From the NCBI GenBank assembly GCA_050261115.1, contig JBLNCY010000006.1:32001-96000 (forward strand): a stretch of DNA of 64,000 nucleotides. The letters are read 5' to 3'. The notes below the pieces were generated by a model that was not told the DNA's origin, made no database searches, and worked only from the letters and a program-made list of their open reading frames with translations. The stretch comes from Methanocella sp. Its GTDB lineage: Archaea; Thermoproteota; Bathyarchaeia; Bathyarchaeales; Bathycorpusculaceae. This document shows, piece after piece, positions 49,637 to 60,048 of this stretch. The position numbers and the translations under genes were made by a program. Position 1 is the stretch's first letter. The number at the start of each line of letters is the position of its first letter.

Positions 49637-50107
49637 TTGGCTAAGTCACGTGGAATCAGCTCAGATATTCAGTCTCCAAGAACACGGTTACTCTACCTCA
49701 TCTACTCTGCTCCCAACAGCCGCATAAAAGCCGCTCCCGGAACCAAATCAAACATCGCCCAAGCCATTGGCTACAAATCCGACGGACACTTCCACTACGA
49801 TTGGAACTACCTCATCAGCGCCGGCATGATCGAGGAAAAACAGGGCTACTACCAAGTCACCGAAACTGGCAAAAAAGAATTCGCACTATACTCGACCCAA
49901 GCGATGAGTAACTGGATTATGGTTGTTATGGGTGTTGCGATTGTGTCGTTTACGGTGGGTATCCGGTTTGGGTTTCTACCTGTGGAGATCGCCGCCGCGT
50001 TTGGGGTTGCCTTGATTTTGGTTGGCGCCAGTTTCTTGTTTGTAGGCGGCAAGACTAAGCCAAAGCTGTCTGAGGAAGCAAAAGCGCTACTAAAAGAACT
50101 CAAATAA
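49637..50107 (+). CDS. Winged-helix protein with C-terminal TM hairpin
   Basis: KSNIAQAIGY...WNYLISAGMIEEKQGYYQVTETGK then two TM helices; probable TTG start. Confidence 0.6.
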   Translation: MAKSRGISSDIQSPRTRLLYLIYSAPNSRIKAAPGTKSNIAQAIGYKSDGHFHYDWNYLISAGMIEEKQGYYQVTETGKKEFALYSTQAMSNWIMVVMGVAIVSFTVGIRFGFLPVEIAAAFGVALILVGASFLFVGGKTKPKLSEEAKALLKELK

Positions 50108-50259
50108 GTTATAGCAACATACCCCTCCTTGTTATAGTTGATCGCTAGCGAATATTATCGGTGCACTAATCGCACGACATTTGCGGTTGCCTGTATAGCG
50201 CTATTCTCTACTTGAAAAAGCGAAAAAGAACGCAGCGGTAGAAAAGATAGGCTAGGCGG

Positions 50260-50763
50260 TTATTGTTTGTCGTATTTTACGTATTCGTTGTTCATTATGC
50301 AGAGTTCGATTCCTGCCTGCTTGAAAATCTCGATAGTGTCTTTGTCGGCGTGGTAGCGTTTCTCGCAGACAACCCGCTTGATGCCTGCGTTTACGATCAT
50401 CATGGCGCAGGTGCGGCACGGCGTCATCTTACAGTACAAAGTAGCGCCCTCAAGGGGGATGCCAAAACGCGCCGCCTGCAAAATCGCATTCTGCTCCGCA
50501 TGAAGTGTGCGTACGCAGTGCTGGGTAATCTGGCCTTCTTCGTTAATCATTTTACGAAGGTCATGTCCCGCTTCGTCGCAGTGCGGTAATCCCGCGGGTG
50601 CGCCGACGTAGCCAGTGGTCATGATGCGTTTGTCTTTAACGATGACTGAGCCACATTTGCCGCGGTCACAAGTGGCTCTTGCAGCTACCGCTTCACACAT
50701 GTCTAGGAAGTATCGGTCCCAGTTGGGTCGCGTTTTCTGGTTGTTGTTTTCCTCAATAGCCAT
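50260..50763 (-). CDS. dCMP deaminase family protein
   Basis: RPNWDRYF, HAEQNAI, PCRTC. Confidence 0.9.
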   Translation of the reverse strand: MAIEENNNQKTRPNWDRYFLDMCEAVAARATCDRGKCGSVIVKDKRIMTTGYVGAPAGLPHCDEAGHDLRKMINEEGQITQHCVRTLHAEQNAILQAARFGIPLEGATLYCKMTPCRTCAMMIVNAGIKRVVCEKRYHADKDTIEIFKQAGIELCIMNNEYVKYDKQ

Positions 50764-50828
50764 TTGGTACCCTCAAGGTTAGTAGACAGTCTGCCAATCA
50801 ACTTAATAAATTCTGCATCCTAGTTTTG

Positions 50829-52130
50829 CTACTTTTGGAGTATGTGGATTTCTCGTCCAATCTTGTGGCGTTCATCCATCTCCACCAAAATGGGCATGCT
50901 CATCAGCTTCTTGTGGTTTGGGGCTTGAGCGCTGAACATGGCATCGGTGAAAGCGTAGACCCGTTTGAATCCCAGTTCCTTGGCTTTTTCTTCTATAGGC
51001 ATTACCACGGCTTCTCTTGAGCGGGTGCGGATGTAGGGTGTTACCAGTACGAGTCTGCCGTTGGGGCGAAGGACCATGTAGGCTTGCTCAAGGAAATCCA
51101 TAAACAGCGGCTCGAGCTTGTCAATGATTTTCTGAGCGTAGGGGTTTGTGGGGGTTTCTTTTAATGCGGGGCCTAAGTCGGGTTCCGAGACCATACAGTC
51201 CACGCTCTCCACGCCGACTTTCTCGGCTAGGTGAGCTACGTCTCCAGGGATCACTCGGAAGTCGGCGTCTTGGAGGCGATACTCCCGCTCAATCCACTCT
51301 AGGTTTTCTGTGGCGGCTTTAACACACCATGGGTTCACATCAACCCCGATTATCATGGCGTGCTCAAGTAGCGCCTCTTGGAGTATGGTGCCTACTCCGC
51401 AGAAGGCATCAAGCAGCGTCTTGTCGCTTGTGCACTGCGAGAGGTTAACCATCATGCGTGCAAGGCGTGGCGGCATGCCAAAGATGGCTCGTTGGCGGGG
51501 TTTGTAGACGTCGCGTTTTTGGAATTCAAAGGGGTTATGTACAGCCACTGTGGTGGCGATCCATGTGTCGGTTTTGCCTATGCATAGTAGCAGCTCTGCC
51601 TGTTTTTGGGCCAGGTCTTTTTTGAGCACTTCTATGTGGCTGAGTTGGGCTTCGCTTCGATCTGCGCCGACACCCATAAAGCTGCTCTTCTTGCCCAGTA
51701 CCGATAGCTCTTCTTTGATTTGGCTGCCGATGTAGCGTTGGATGCTTCCCCCGAGTGGTTTTATGCTGTTGTCGGAGGTGTAGATGCTTATGCCAAACAG
51801 CAGTTTCCCCTCGTCGGATTGCGCCATGTTCTTTATGGCGTCGGTTGCAGTTAGGGCTTCTATGACTTGGTGCTGGGCTGATTTGGTTTTTTTAAGGAAC
51901 GCTTCCTTAATGGTTTCGGTGGGAACTTTGGTTTTTAGTTTGGCGATTTTTATGGTGCCGCCTAAGTCGTCGATGACTTTTGGGTCGAGGTCTTTTTGGA
52001 AGCTTAATGTGAAGAATTCGGTGGAGAAGTAGTCGATTTGGAACTCTACTTTATGTGCTTTGAAGTAAGCGGTAAGTTCTGCTAGCGAAAGTATCCAGTT
52101 TTTCCCTGAAATGAATAGATATGTTTGCAT
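50829..52130 (-). CDS. RNA methyltransferase, Trm11-like
   Basis: MPPRLARMMVNL, LDAFCGVGT, SEPDLG. Confidence 0.8.
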   Translation of the reverse strand: MQTYLFISGKNWILSLAELTAYFKAHKVEFQIDYFSTEFFTLSFQKDLDPKVIDDLGGTIKIAKLKTKVPTETIKEAFLKKTKSAQHQVIEALTATDAIKNMAQSDEGKLLFGISIYTSDNSIKPLGGSIQRYIGSQIKEELSVLGKKSSFMGVGADRSEAQLSHIEVLKKDLAQKQAELLLCIGKTDTWIATTVAVHNPFEFQKRDVYKPRQRAIFGMPPRLARMMVNLSQCTSDKTLLDAFCGVGTILQEALLEHAMIIGVDVNPWCVKAATENLEWIEREYRLQDADFRVIPGDVAHLAEKVGVESVDCMVSEPDLGPALKETPTNPYAQKIIDKLEPLFMDFLEQAYMVLRPNGRLVLVTPYIRTRSREAVVMPIEEKAKELGFKRVYAFTDAMFSAQAPNHKKLMSMPILVEMDERHKIGREIHILQK

Positions 52131-52312
52131 TATGGGAAAGAAAAGTAAACTAGCTATATAAGTTGATGAGCGGCAAGGGCCAATATTGGGCAAGAAAAGT
52201 AAACATTTAGAAATAGAAAAAACGCACGAGCACATCGCAGAATGTTTACAAATCGTTTAAATATGGCTTGACGAGAGAGTATGCTACCGAAAAAAATACG
52301 TCGTGACGTCGC

Positions 52313-52855
52313 ATGCATGCAAGAAACTATAGGCACGTAAAGAACCGCGCTTACACTAGAAAAGAATACGCTCATGGTTTTCCACCTCCAAAGATTGTAA
52401 AGTTCACCATGGGAGACACAAAGGCTGATTTCGAAATTGAAGGACAACTCCTAGCAACCGAGAGAGTCCAAATCCGCCACTGCGCCCTAGAAGCAGCACG
52501 CGTTGCAGCTAACCGTGTCTTAATGGACAAACTAATCAACGACTACTACATGAACGTTCATACCTATCCACACATCATCCTAAGAGAAAACAAGATGATT
52601 TTCGGCGCACACGCAGACCGACTTCAGCAGGGAATGAGGCGCTCCTTTGGATCCGCAGTCGGTACTGCCGCAAAAGTAGAAGTCAACCAGCCAATCATCA
52701 CCGTCAGAGTAAAGAAAGGTCAAGAGGCAATCGCCAGAGAATCACTCAAACGCGGTAGCGCAAAACTTCCCATCGCTTGCAAAATAGTCATCTCCAAGAG
52801 ACAGGCTTCCCCAGTAGCTCCTGAGAAAGCTGAACCGGAGACGGAGACTGCTTGA
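52313..52855 (+). CDS. rpl10e: 50S ribosomal protein uL16 (L10e)
   Basis: YTRKEY, ALEAARVAAN, ADRLQQGMRRSFG. Confidence 0.95.
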   Translation: MHARNYRHVKNRAYTRKEYAHGFPPPKIVKFTMGDTKADFEIEGQLLATERVQIRHCALEAARVAANRVLMDKLINDYYMNVHTYPHIILRENKMIFGAHADRLQQGMRRSFGSAVGTAAKVEVNQPIITVRVKKGQEAIARESLKRGSAKLPIACKIVISKRQASPVAPEKAEPETETA

Positions 52856-55278
52856 GCGTCAAACAAAACGAGCTTGTTTTGTGGTTTGACGCGCTAAGAA
52901 ATACTGATGTTAACCTTGTTGGCGGTAAAAACGCCAGCCTTGGCGAAATGATTCACGCCGGGCTACCTGTTCCTTTTGGTTTTGCAGTAACAGCCCACTC
53001 GTATGAACGCTACATCGTAGAGCGTAAACTTAGCGAGCAAATCTACAAAATTATTGAGGAAACAGTAACCAACCCAAATGATCCCAAACAGTATGATACA
53101 GCGTCAAAGCGCATCCGCGAATTGATGGAGAAGACCCCAATGCCAGAAGACATCGAGGCAGCCATCAAACTCGCATATGCAGACCTAAACAAGCGATTTG
53201 CACTAAAAGACACCTTTGTAGCTGTACGCTCAAGCGCCACGGCCGAAGACCTCCCAGACGCATCGTTTGCGGGCCAACAAGAAACTTATCTCAACGTAAA
53301 AGGTCCAGACGAATTAATCCAGAAAGTAATCAAATGCTGGAGCAGCCTCTTCACACCCAGAGCCATCTTTTACCGCAACGAGAAAGGCTTCCCACACGAG
53401 AAAGTCTTCATCAGCGTCGGCGTACAGAAAATGGTAAACAGCCGATGCGCAGGTGTCATGTTCACCATTAACCCCGTCACGGGCAACCGCGACGAAATCG
53501 TAATCGAAGGCAATTTTGGCTTAGGCGAAACCGTAGTTTCTGGTGCAGTAAACCCCGACGACTATGTCCTAGACAAGGCAACCGGAACAATTAAGGAACG
53601 ACGCATCGCCAAAAAAACAATCAAATACGTTCGCGATCCCAAAACAGGCAAAACCATACACCTCGATATCCCTGAAGAAGAGCAGAAGATTAGCTGCCTC
53701 TCAGATGTTGAGCTTGCAAAACTAGCTGAACTTGCTAAGCGAATCGAGAAGCACTACGGTAAACCCATGGATATTGAATGGGCAATAGATGCCGACCTTG
53801 AATTCCCCGAAAACATAATGTTGGTTCAAGCACGCCCAGAAACCATCTTCGGAACCAAAAACTTGGAAGGACAAAAAATGGAAGAAACCAAAGTTCAAGA
53901 GCAACTCAAAATCGTTGTACGTGGTATTTCCGCTGGAAGAAGAGGATACGGTGTAGGCAAAGCAGTTGTTGTCCTAAATCCAGATGACGCTCATAAAATG
54001 ATGAAGAAAGGCGACATCCTGGTCACAGGCATGACTGACCCTGACTTCGTGCCCTTCATGAAGATGGCCTCCGCTATCGTTACAGACAAAGGCGGTATCA
54101 CAAGCCATGCAGCTATCGTTAGCCGTGAACTAAACATTCCATGTGTCGTCGGTACCGAGACCGGTACACAAGTCATGAAGACTGGCGTTGAATACACCGT
54201 GGACTCAAGAAACGGCATCATCTACGAGGGCATTATGCAACAAGCAGTTGCTCCAGTTGCCAGCAACGGCGGCGCAGTCACCGTAGCAGCAGAATCCGCG
54301 CCAGTTACCGCTACAAAAATTTACATGAACCTCGGCACCCCCGAGATGATTGAGCAATACAAGAATCTGCCCTTTGAAGGCATAGGGCTCATGCGCACGG
54401 AATTCATAATGGCAAGCGCAATCGGCCAGCACCCCATGCTATTCGTCGAAAACAAGGAAGAACAGAAATTCATCGACATATTCGCAGAAAACGTCGCAAT
54501 AGTAGCACGCGCCATCCAGCCCCGACCTGTAGTAGTCCGCTTAAGCGACTTCAAAACCAACGAATACCGCGGACTCAAAGGCGGCGAAAAATACGAAATC
54601 AACGAAGAAAACCCCATGCTTGGCTGGAGAGGATGCAGCCGATACATCAGCAAATGGTACATCGACGCCTTCAAACTAGAATGCCGAGCCATCAAAAAAT
54701 GCCGCACCGAATGGGGCCTCAAAAACGTCTACGTCATGCTACCCATGGTTCGAACCCTCTGGGAAGCCAAACAAGTCCTAGAAATCATGAAAGAAGAAGG
54801 CCTAGAGCGCAGCAAAGACTTCAAAATCTGGTTTATGGCAGAAACACCCGCAATCGCCATCATGGCCGACGAATTCAGCAAACTAGTCGACGGCTTTAGC
54901 ATAGGCTCAAACGACATGACACAGGGCGTCTTAATGATTGATCGCGACAGCGAACGCCTAGGACAAATGGGCTACTTCGACGAACGCGACCCAGCAGTCA
55001 AACGCATCATCGCCCACTTAATCCGCGTAGCACACGAAAACGGATGCACCGTAAGCATCTGCGGCGAAGGCCCAAGCAACCTACCAGACTTCGCAGACTT
55101 CCTAGTCCGCGCAGGCATCGACAGCATCTCCGTAAACAACGACGCCGTAGTCCAGACCCGCAAAAACGTCGCACAAGTCGAGCAGAAAATTATTCTGGAG
55201 CGGCTAGCCGAGCAAGCAGCAATCGCAGCTGGTAAGCCACTCAAGAAGCCAACCCCCGAATGGGCTTGGCCATACTAA
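52852..55278 (+). CDS. ppsA: Phosphoenolpyruvate synthase
   Basis: GGKNASLGEM, RSSATAEDLPDASFAGQQ, TSHAAIVSRE, SIGSND. Confidence 0.95.
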   Translation: MSVKQNELVLWFDALRNTDVNLVGGKNASLGEMIHAGLPVPFGFAVTAHSYERYIVERKLSEQIYKIIEETVTNPNDPKQYDTASKRIRELMEKTPMPEDIEAAIKLAYADLNKRFALKDTFVAVRSSATAEDLPDASFAGQQETYLNVKGPDELIQKVIKCWSSLFTPRAIFYRNEKGFPHEKVFISVGVQKMVNSRCAGVMFTINPVTGNRDEIVIEGNFGLGETVVSGAVNPDDYVLDKATGTIKERRIAKKTIKYVRDPKTGKTIHLDIPEEEQKISCLSDVELAKLAELAKRIEKHYGKPMDIEWAIDADLEFPENIMLVQARPETIFGTKNLEGQKMEETKVQEQLKIVVRGISAGRRGYGVGKAVVVLNPDDAHKMMKKGDILVTGMTDPDFVPFMKMASAIVTDKGGITSHAAIVSRELNIPCVVGTETGTQVMKTGVEYTVDSRNGIIYEGIMQQAVAPVASNGGAVTVAAESAPVTATKIYMNLGTPEMIEQYKNLPFEGIGLMRTEFIMASAIGQHPMLFVENKEEQKFIDIFAENVAIVARAIQPRPVVVRLSDFKTNEYRGLKGGEKYEINEENPMLGWRGCSRYISKWYIDAFKLECRAIKKCRTEWGLKNVYVMLPMVRTLWEAKQVLEIMKEEGLERSKDFKIWFMAETPAIAIMADEFSKLVDGFSIGSNDMTQGVLMIDRDSERLGQMGYFDERDPAVKRIIAHLIRVAHENGCTVSICGEGPSNLPDFADFLVRAGIDSISVNNDAVVQTRKNVAQVEQKIILERLAEQAAIAAGKPLKKPTPEWAWPY

Positions 55279-55339
55279 ACCACCCCTTCTTCATTTTTGT
55301 TTAATCACTTTTAAGTATCCATGCGTCAGTGGATACCCT

Positions 55340-56341
55340 ATGCCAAGCTTTGATTTTGAAGAGCAACGCATTATAGAAGAAATTCGGCGGCTAAATGCCA
55401 AGCGGGTGTTGCTTCAGATGCCCCAGGGACTAAAACCCCAAGCAACCGGCCTAGCTCAAATAGTTGAAGAAGCTGGGGCAGTTGCAATAATCTCCTCAGA
55501 TCCATGTTATGGCGCATGTGACATCGCGTTGTTTGATGCAGAGGCGGTAGGGGCAGATTTGGTGGTGCATTTTGGGCACGCAAGAATGGTGCCTGACCAC
55601 AAGCCGCCCGCACTCTACATAGAGACTCATGCAAAAATACCTCTAGAACCTGCCCTCCAGCAGGCGCTTCCACTGCTAATACCTTACAAAACCGTTGGCT
55701 TAACAACATCCATACAGCATATCAACGCTATAGCAGAAGCCAAACAGTTCCTCACCAGCCAAGGAAAAACCGTCCACGTTGGCGATGCTGGGCAGCTTGC
55801 CCATGCTGGGCAGGTGATAGGCTGCAACTATAGCAACCCCAAAGCCGTCGCAGACCAAGTGGATGCCTTTTTGTTTATCGGTGGCGGCGTCTTCCATGCG
55901 CTAGGTATCGCCTTAGGCACGGGCAAACCCACCATCATCGCTGATCCCTACGACAACCGAGCCTACTCTATCACCGATGAAGCTCAGCGGCTCTTAAAAC
56001 AACGCTATGCAAGCATAACGGCGGCAAAAGACGCCCAAACTATTGGTGTACTTGTCGGCTTAAAGCCAGGTCAGAAGCACCTCGACCATGCATTTAAAGC
56101 CAAAGCCCTAGCCGAGAAAACCGGCCGCGCAGCCTACCTCTTAGCGGGGCGCGAAATCACCCCCGACGCATTGATGGAGTTCCCCCAAATCGACGCCTAC
56201 GTGAACACCGCCTGCCCACGCATCTCTCTGGATGCCCCCAGCAAATTCCAAAAACCCATCTTAACCGTTAACGAGTTTATGGTGCTCTGCGGAGAAGTTT
56301 CATGGAACGACATGATCAAAAAAGGCTTATTCGAAAACTAG
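55340..56341 (+). CDS. dph2: Diphthamide biosynthesis enzyme Dph2
   Basis: CYGACD, HFGH, GQVIGC, TACPRI. Confidence 0.93.
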   Translation: MPSFDFEEQRIIEEIRRLNAKRVLLQMPQGLKPQATGLAQIVEEAGAVAIISSDPCYGACDIALFDAEAVGADLVVHFGHARMVPDHKPPALYIETHAKIPLEPALQQALPLLIPYKTVGLTTSIQHINAIAEAKQFLTSQGKTVHVGDAGQLAHAGQVIGCNYSNPKAVADQVDAFLFIGGGVFHALGIALGTGKPTIIADPYDNRAYSITDEAQRLLKQRYASITAAKDAQTIGVLVGLKPGQKHLDHAFKAKALAEKTGRAAYLLAGREITPDALMEFPQIDAYVNTACPRISLDAPSKFQKPILTVNEFMVLCGEVSWNDMIKKGLFEN

Positions 56342-57003
56342 ACCTCGAACTCTTTCTCGGCGGATTAGAGGTTATGCCAAATCCCAAGTGGGAACTCGAA
56401 CAGTACACGACTCCCGAGCAGATAGCTGCCAACATCCTCTATATCGCAGCCTACACCCATGGTGACATTGTGGGGAAGCGGGTGCTGGATTTAGGATGCG
56501 GCACAGGACGGTTGGGGTTGGGCGCTGCTTTTCTGGGTGCAGAGCAAGTGGTCGGCGTCGACATTGACCCGCAAGCCATCGTGGTAGCACAGAAAAACGC
56601 CGAAAAAGCAGGTTTAACCGACAAAATCCAATTCCAAAACAGCGACGTATCTGTCGTCGAAGGGCACTTTGATACCGCTATTGAGAACCCACCTTTTGGA
56701 GTACAGAAACATCAAGCTGACCGCTCCTTTTTGGCAAAGGCACTGCAGTCAGCCCCCAAAGTCTATTCGTTACATAACCACCCCGAAGTTGACGAGCGCC
56801 TCATAAAAATCCTCAAAACCAGTGGGAGCTTTGTTCAGGTGCTGCCCTCTCCCTTCTTAGAGCGGTTCATAGCCAAATATGGTGGCCACGTTCAGGCAGT
56901 TTATGCCATGCTAATGACCATACCCAAAATGTTCGAGTTCCATAGCAAACTCAAGCATGACTTCGTTATCGACCTATACGTTATCCAAAAATGCCTGGGA
57001 TAA
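56302..57003 (+). CDS. METTL5-family RNA methyltransferase
   Basis: LEQYTTP, DLGCGTG, NPPFG. Confidence 0.88.
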   Translation: MERHDQKRLIRKLDLELFLGGLEVMPNPKWELEQYTTPEQIAANILYIAAYTHGDIVGKRVLDLGCGTGRLGLGAAFLGAEQVVGVDIDPQAIVVAQKNAEKAGLTDKIQFQNSDVSVVEGHFDTAIENPPFGVQKHQADRSFLAKALQSAPKVYSLHNHPEVDERLIKILKTSGSFVQVLPSPFLERFIAKYGGHVQAVYAMLMTIPKMFEFHSKLKHDFVIDLYVIQKCLG

Positions 57004-57012
57004 TCGACACCT

Positions 57013-57573
57013 TTAGACTCTTAAGATGCCACGGAAGCCTCTGTTGCTATAGAATGAGGGTGCGCTGTTATGGTACACAAACACGTGGCCGTAGCGTTTA
57101 TCGGCGAAGAGGGCGCCGTCGAGTTTTCGGATGTCGTCTGGCGTTTTTATCCAGCTTGAAGTTTTAGTATCGAATTCCCCGTGTCTCTGTAGCGCTCGGT
57201 ATTGATCTTCATTTAGTAGTTCGATGCCCATGGTGGCTGCCATATCCACGGCGTTGCCTGCTGGGTGCCCCCCGTGTTTTGCCCTTTCCTTTTGGCCTTC
57301 ACCATCATAGCAGATGTTTATGCGGCCTTTAGGCGTCTGCGGTGAGCAATCATAAAATATGTATTCACTTGTTTCTTTATCGTAACCAACAACGTCTGGT
57401 TCGCCGCCGCTCTTCTCCATTTCCCCAAGCGACCACCGTTTTGCAGGGTTAGCTTCAAGTTTTGCTTGAACATTAACCCATTCGAGGTCTGAGTGGCGGC
57501 TTGGGTTCTTCTCAAATCGAGTTTGTAGGGTTTGAAGTAATTTATCCTGTTGTTCTAGGGGCAGTTTATTCAA
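57013..57573 (-). CDS. DUF4256-like protein
   Basis: MEKSGGEPDV, DTKTSSWIKTP, VYHNSAPSFYSNRGFRG. Confidence 0.75.
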   Translation of the reverse strand: MNKLPLEQQDKLLQTLQTRFEKNPSRHSDLEWVNVQAKLEANPAKRWSLGEMEKSGGEPDVVGYDKETSEYIFYDCSPQTPKGRINICYDGEGQKERAKHGGHPAGNAVDMAATMGIELLNEDQYRALQRHGEFDTKTSSWIKTPDDIRKLDGALFADKRYGHVFVYHNSAPSFYSNRGFRGILRV

Positions 57574-58054
57574 ATCAGCTTCTCCTAAACAAAAAGCGAT
57601 TTACCGATCTAGCCTGCTTCCTATGCCTTGACCTTCTATCAACTCATTACAGACGTGGTATTTTAAGTATCTAGCCATAAAACGACCTCAACCGTGGAAG
57701 TGACAAAATGTCTAGACTGCCCAAGAATGGTAAAACTCGTCAGAAACGCCGTTTTCAAGCGTTTTCCGTGCATAATCCGCAGAATGCGTCTGTCTACTTG
57801 CAGAATCGTTATGCAACCAACAGCAGCTCAGCATAAACGCAGACAGCAAAACAGACGTTTCTGCCCAGCTCTAAGAAAAAGCTTCTATAAGCGGGTTCAC
57901 AGCAACTTCTAATATTAAAAAACGGTTAACCAAGGGCAATGGCGCGGCATCCTGTTCTTCTTTATTAATCAAAAGGTTTATTGCGGTGAGTGGAAACTAA
58001 ACCTATGCATTTATCAAATCAAGCTTACCATTTAACATTCAAAGATGAAAACCT

Positions 58055-58636
58055 ATGGCCATGAAAGCTCCTGAACAAAAAAGCGGTCACCTCGTTATGC
58101 CCGGTGAACGCCTCGGCGTCATTGAAGAATTTATCCCCGACAGCGGTACCTACGTAAAAGACGGCGTCATTTACTCAAAAATCATTGGGCACAGCCTCGT
58201 AGACTTACAGAACCGCCGAGTCCAAGTTTATCCCCTCACAAAGGGTGCAGTAACCCCCAAGGTCGGAACCATCGTCCTGGGCCAAATTGGAAACGCCCAA
58301 TCCGACAACACTCTTGTCAAAATCTTTAACGTTAGCAAGAAACAGATTTCCGGCAGCTTCGGTGGCATTCTACACGTTAGCGACGTCTCCGACCGCTACA
58401 TCGACCAGATGAGCGACGCAGTCAAACCCGGCGACATCATCCGCGCCAAAGTTATCAGCGAAAAAAACCAGATCTATCACTTATCCACCAACGACAAGAA
58501 CCTTGGTGTCTTGTACGCATTCTGCTCCCGTGACAGCACCCTGCTTGTCCAAGACCACTACAACCTGAAGTGCCCCAAATGCGGCAACATTGAACGCCGA
58601 AAGATTGCTCCAGATTACGGCAAAGACCCACTATAG
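58055..58636 (+). CDS. csl4: Exosome RNA-binding subunit Csl4
   Basis: VMPGERLGVIEE, GDIIRAKV, C-terminal zinc ribbon CPKCGNIERRK. Confidence 0.92.
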   Translation: MAMKAPEQKSGHLVMPGERLGVIEEFIPDSGTYVKDGVIYSKIIGHSLVDLQNRRVQVYPLTKGAVTPKVGTIVLGQIGNAQSDNTLVKIFNVSKKQISGSFGGILHVSDVSDRYIDQMSDAVKPGDIIRAKVISEKNQIYHLSTNDKNLGVLYAFCSRDSTLLVQDHYNLKCPKCGNIERRKIAPDYGKDPL

Positions 58637-58649
58637 GAGAGAAAAATTT

Positions 58650-58934
58650 ATGATAAAAGTCAACGTCCTAAAAAAAACTGACAACGAGCTAAAAATCGAA
58701 GTCGAAGGCTCCAGCCATGGCCTCTGCAACCTCATTCAGAAACGTCTATTGGAGGATAAACATGTCGATTTTGCGGGTTACGATGTACCGCACCCCTTGG
58801 CAAGCAACCCCATCATCTTTGTTAGGGTGAAGGGCAAAGCTAAACCAGAAGACGCCCTCCTAGCTACTGTAGAGAAAGTTCAAGAAGCTAACGAGGCCTT
58901 CGGTGAAGAACTCAACCGCGCCTTCAAAGCCTAA
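58650..58934 (+). CDS. rpoL: RNA polymerase subunit Rpo11 (L)
   Basis: EGSSHGLCNL, FAGYDVPHPL. Confidence 0.92.
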   Translation: MIKVNVLKKTDNELKIEVEGSSHGLCNLIQKRLLEDKHVDFAGYDVPHPLASNPIIFVRVKGKAKPEDALLATVEKVQEANEAFGEELNRAFKA

Positions 58935-58987
58935 CTCTATATTTATTTTCCAACTAAACCGTTTTTAACTTAGCGTGCATTAGGTGT

Positions 58988-59581
58988 GTGGGTGTATTGT
59001 TGGGCATCCACAAAGCGTTTGGGGTTATTAAACAGGAGATCCGTATTCTAGGTATAGACGACGGCAAATTCACACCCCACACCAAGGGTGACGTGTTGAT
59101 TGTTGGGGTGGTTTTTCGGGGCGGCTGCTCTCTAGATGGTGTTATGCATACTAAAGTAGCTATAGATGGTTTAGACGCCACCGACAAAATCGCTGCCATG
59201 ATTAATAGTTCTCCTCATAAGCCTCAACTCCGCGTAGTCATGCTTAACGGCATCACCGTTGCTGGCTTCAATCTAGTGGATATCCATAGGCTTCATTGTG
59301 ACACGGGGTTGCCTGTCATTTCTGTAACTCAGGATAAACCCGACTTAGACTCCATCCATGAGGCTTTGAAGAATTTGCCTGATACCGAGTTGCGTTGGCA
59401 GATTGTCCAGAATGCGGGGGGCGTCCGTGTGGTTCAGAATAAGGGTGCTAAGCTCTATGTGTGCTTGGCGGGTATTTCGGTGGATGATGCGTTGATTGTA
59501 TTGGATACAACGTCAACAAGGGGTAGCTTGCCTGAACCGCTCAGAGTGGCGCATTTAATCGCTTCAGGAATAACACCTTGA
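58988..59581 (+). CDS. DUF99 (endonuclease V-like) protein
   Basis: ILGIDDG, DGLDATD, GITVAGFN, PEPLRVAHLIA. Confidence 0.85.
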   Translation: MGVLLGIHKAFGVIKQEIRILGIDDGKFTPHTKGDVLIVGVVFRGGCSLDGVMHTKVAIDGLDATDKIAAMINSSPHKPQLRVVMLNGITVAGFNLVDIHRLHCDTGLPVISVTQDKPDLDSIHEALKNLPDTELRWQIVQNAGGVRVVQNKGAKLYVCLAGISVDDALIVLDTTSTRGSLPEPLRVAHLIASGITP

Positions 59582-59651
59582 AACGGGAAAATTAGAAAAA
59601 GTATAAAAGCTACTGCACCAAGGAAATCCCGCAAAGGGAAAGTGTAAGTCC

Positions 59652-60008
59652 ATGGAATTTTGCCCCAAATGCGGTTCTAGACTTGAGCCGAAAAAATCCA
59701 AGAGTGGAAAGGAAGCGACACTTGTTCTTGCCTGTGCAAAATGCGGTTATAAAAAGCCTGAAGAAGGCGAAAAGATAGAGCAGAAAGTGGCGCCCAAAGT
59801 TATCCAACACAGCCCCCAACAATTCGTGGCAGTAATCGGTAAAGAGGAGCAGAAACTCAGCACCCTTCCCACTGTACGTATCGAATGCCCCAAATGCGGC
59901 AACAACACTGCCTACGTGTGGCAAGTGCAGACCCGTGGTGCAGACGAGTCTTCAACTCAGTTTTTACGTTGCACCAAATGCAACTATACGTTTAGAGAAT
60001 ACAGCTAA
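59652..60008 (+). CDS. tfs: Transcription factor S (TFS)
   Basis: FCPKCG N-terminal ribbon; QTRGADESST, C-terminal ribbon. Confidence 0.92.
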   Translation: MEFCPKCGSRLEPKKSKSGKEATLVLACAKCGYKKPEEGEKIEQKVAPKVIQHSPQQFVAVIGKEEQKLSTLPTVRIECPKCGNNTAYVWQVQTRGADESSTQFLRCTKCNYTFREYS

Positions 60009-60048
60009 ACGTCCCTCTTCTCTTATGTTTGATTAGCGGCACCGCTAG

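Noticed and set aside
57600-57960. Long intergenic region with recurring CAGAA/CAGAC and a 72-aa ORF
   Set aside because: No consistent repeat unit, convincing RNA fold or protein motif could be supported by eye.
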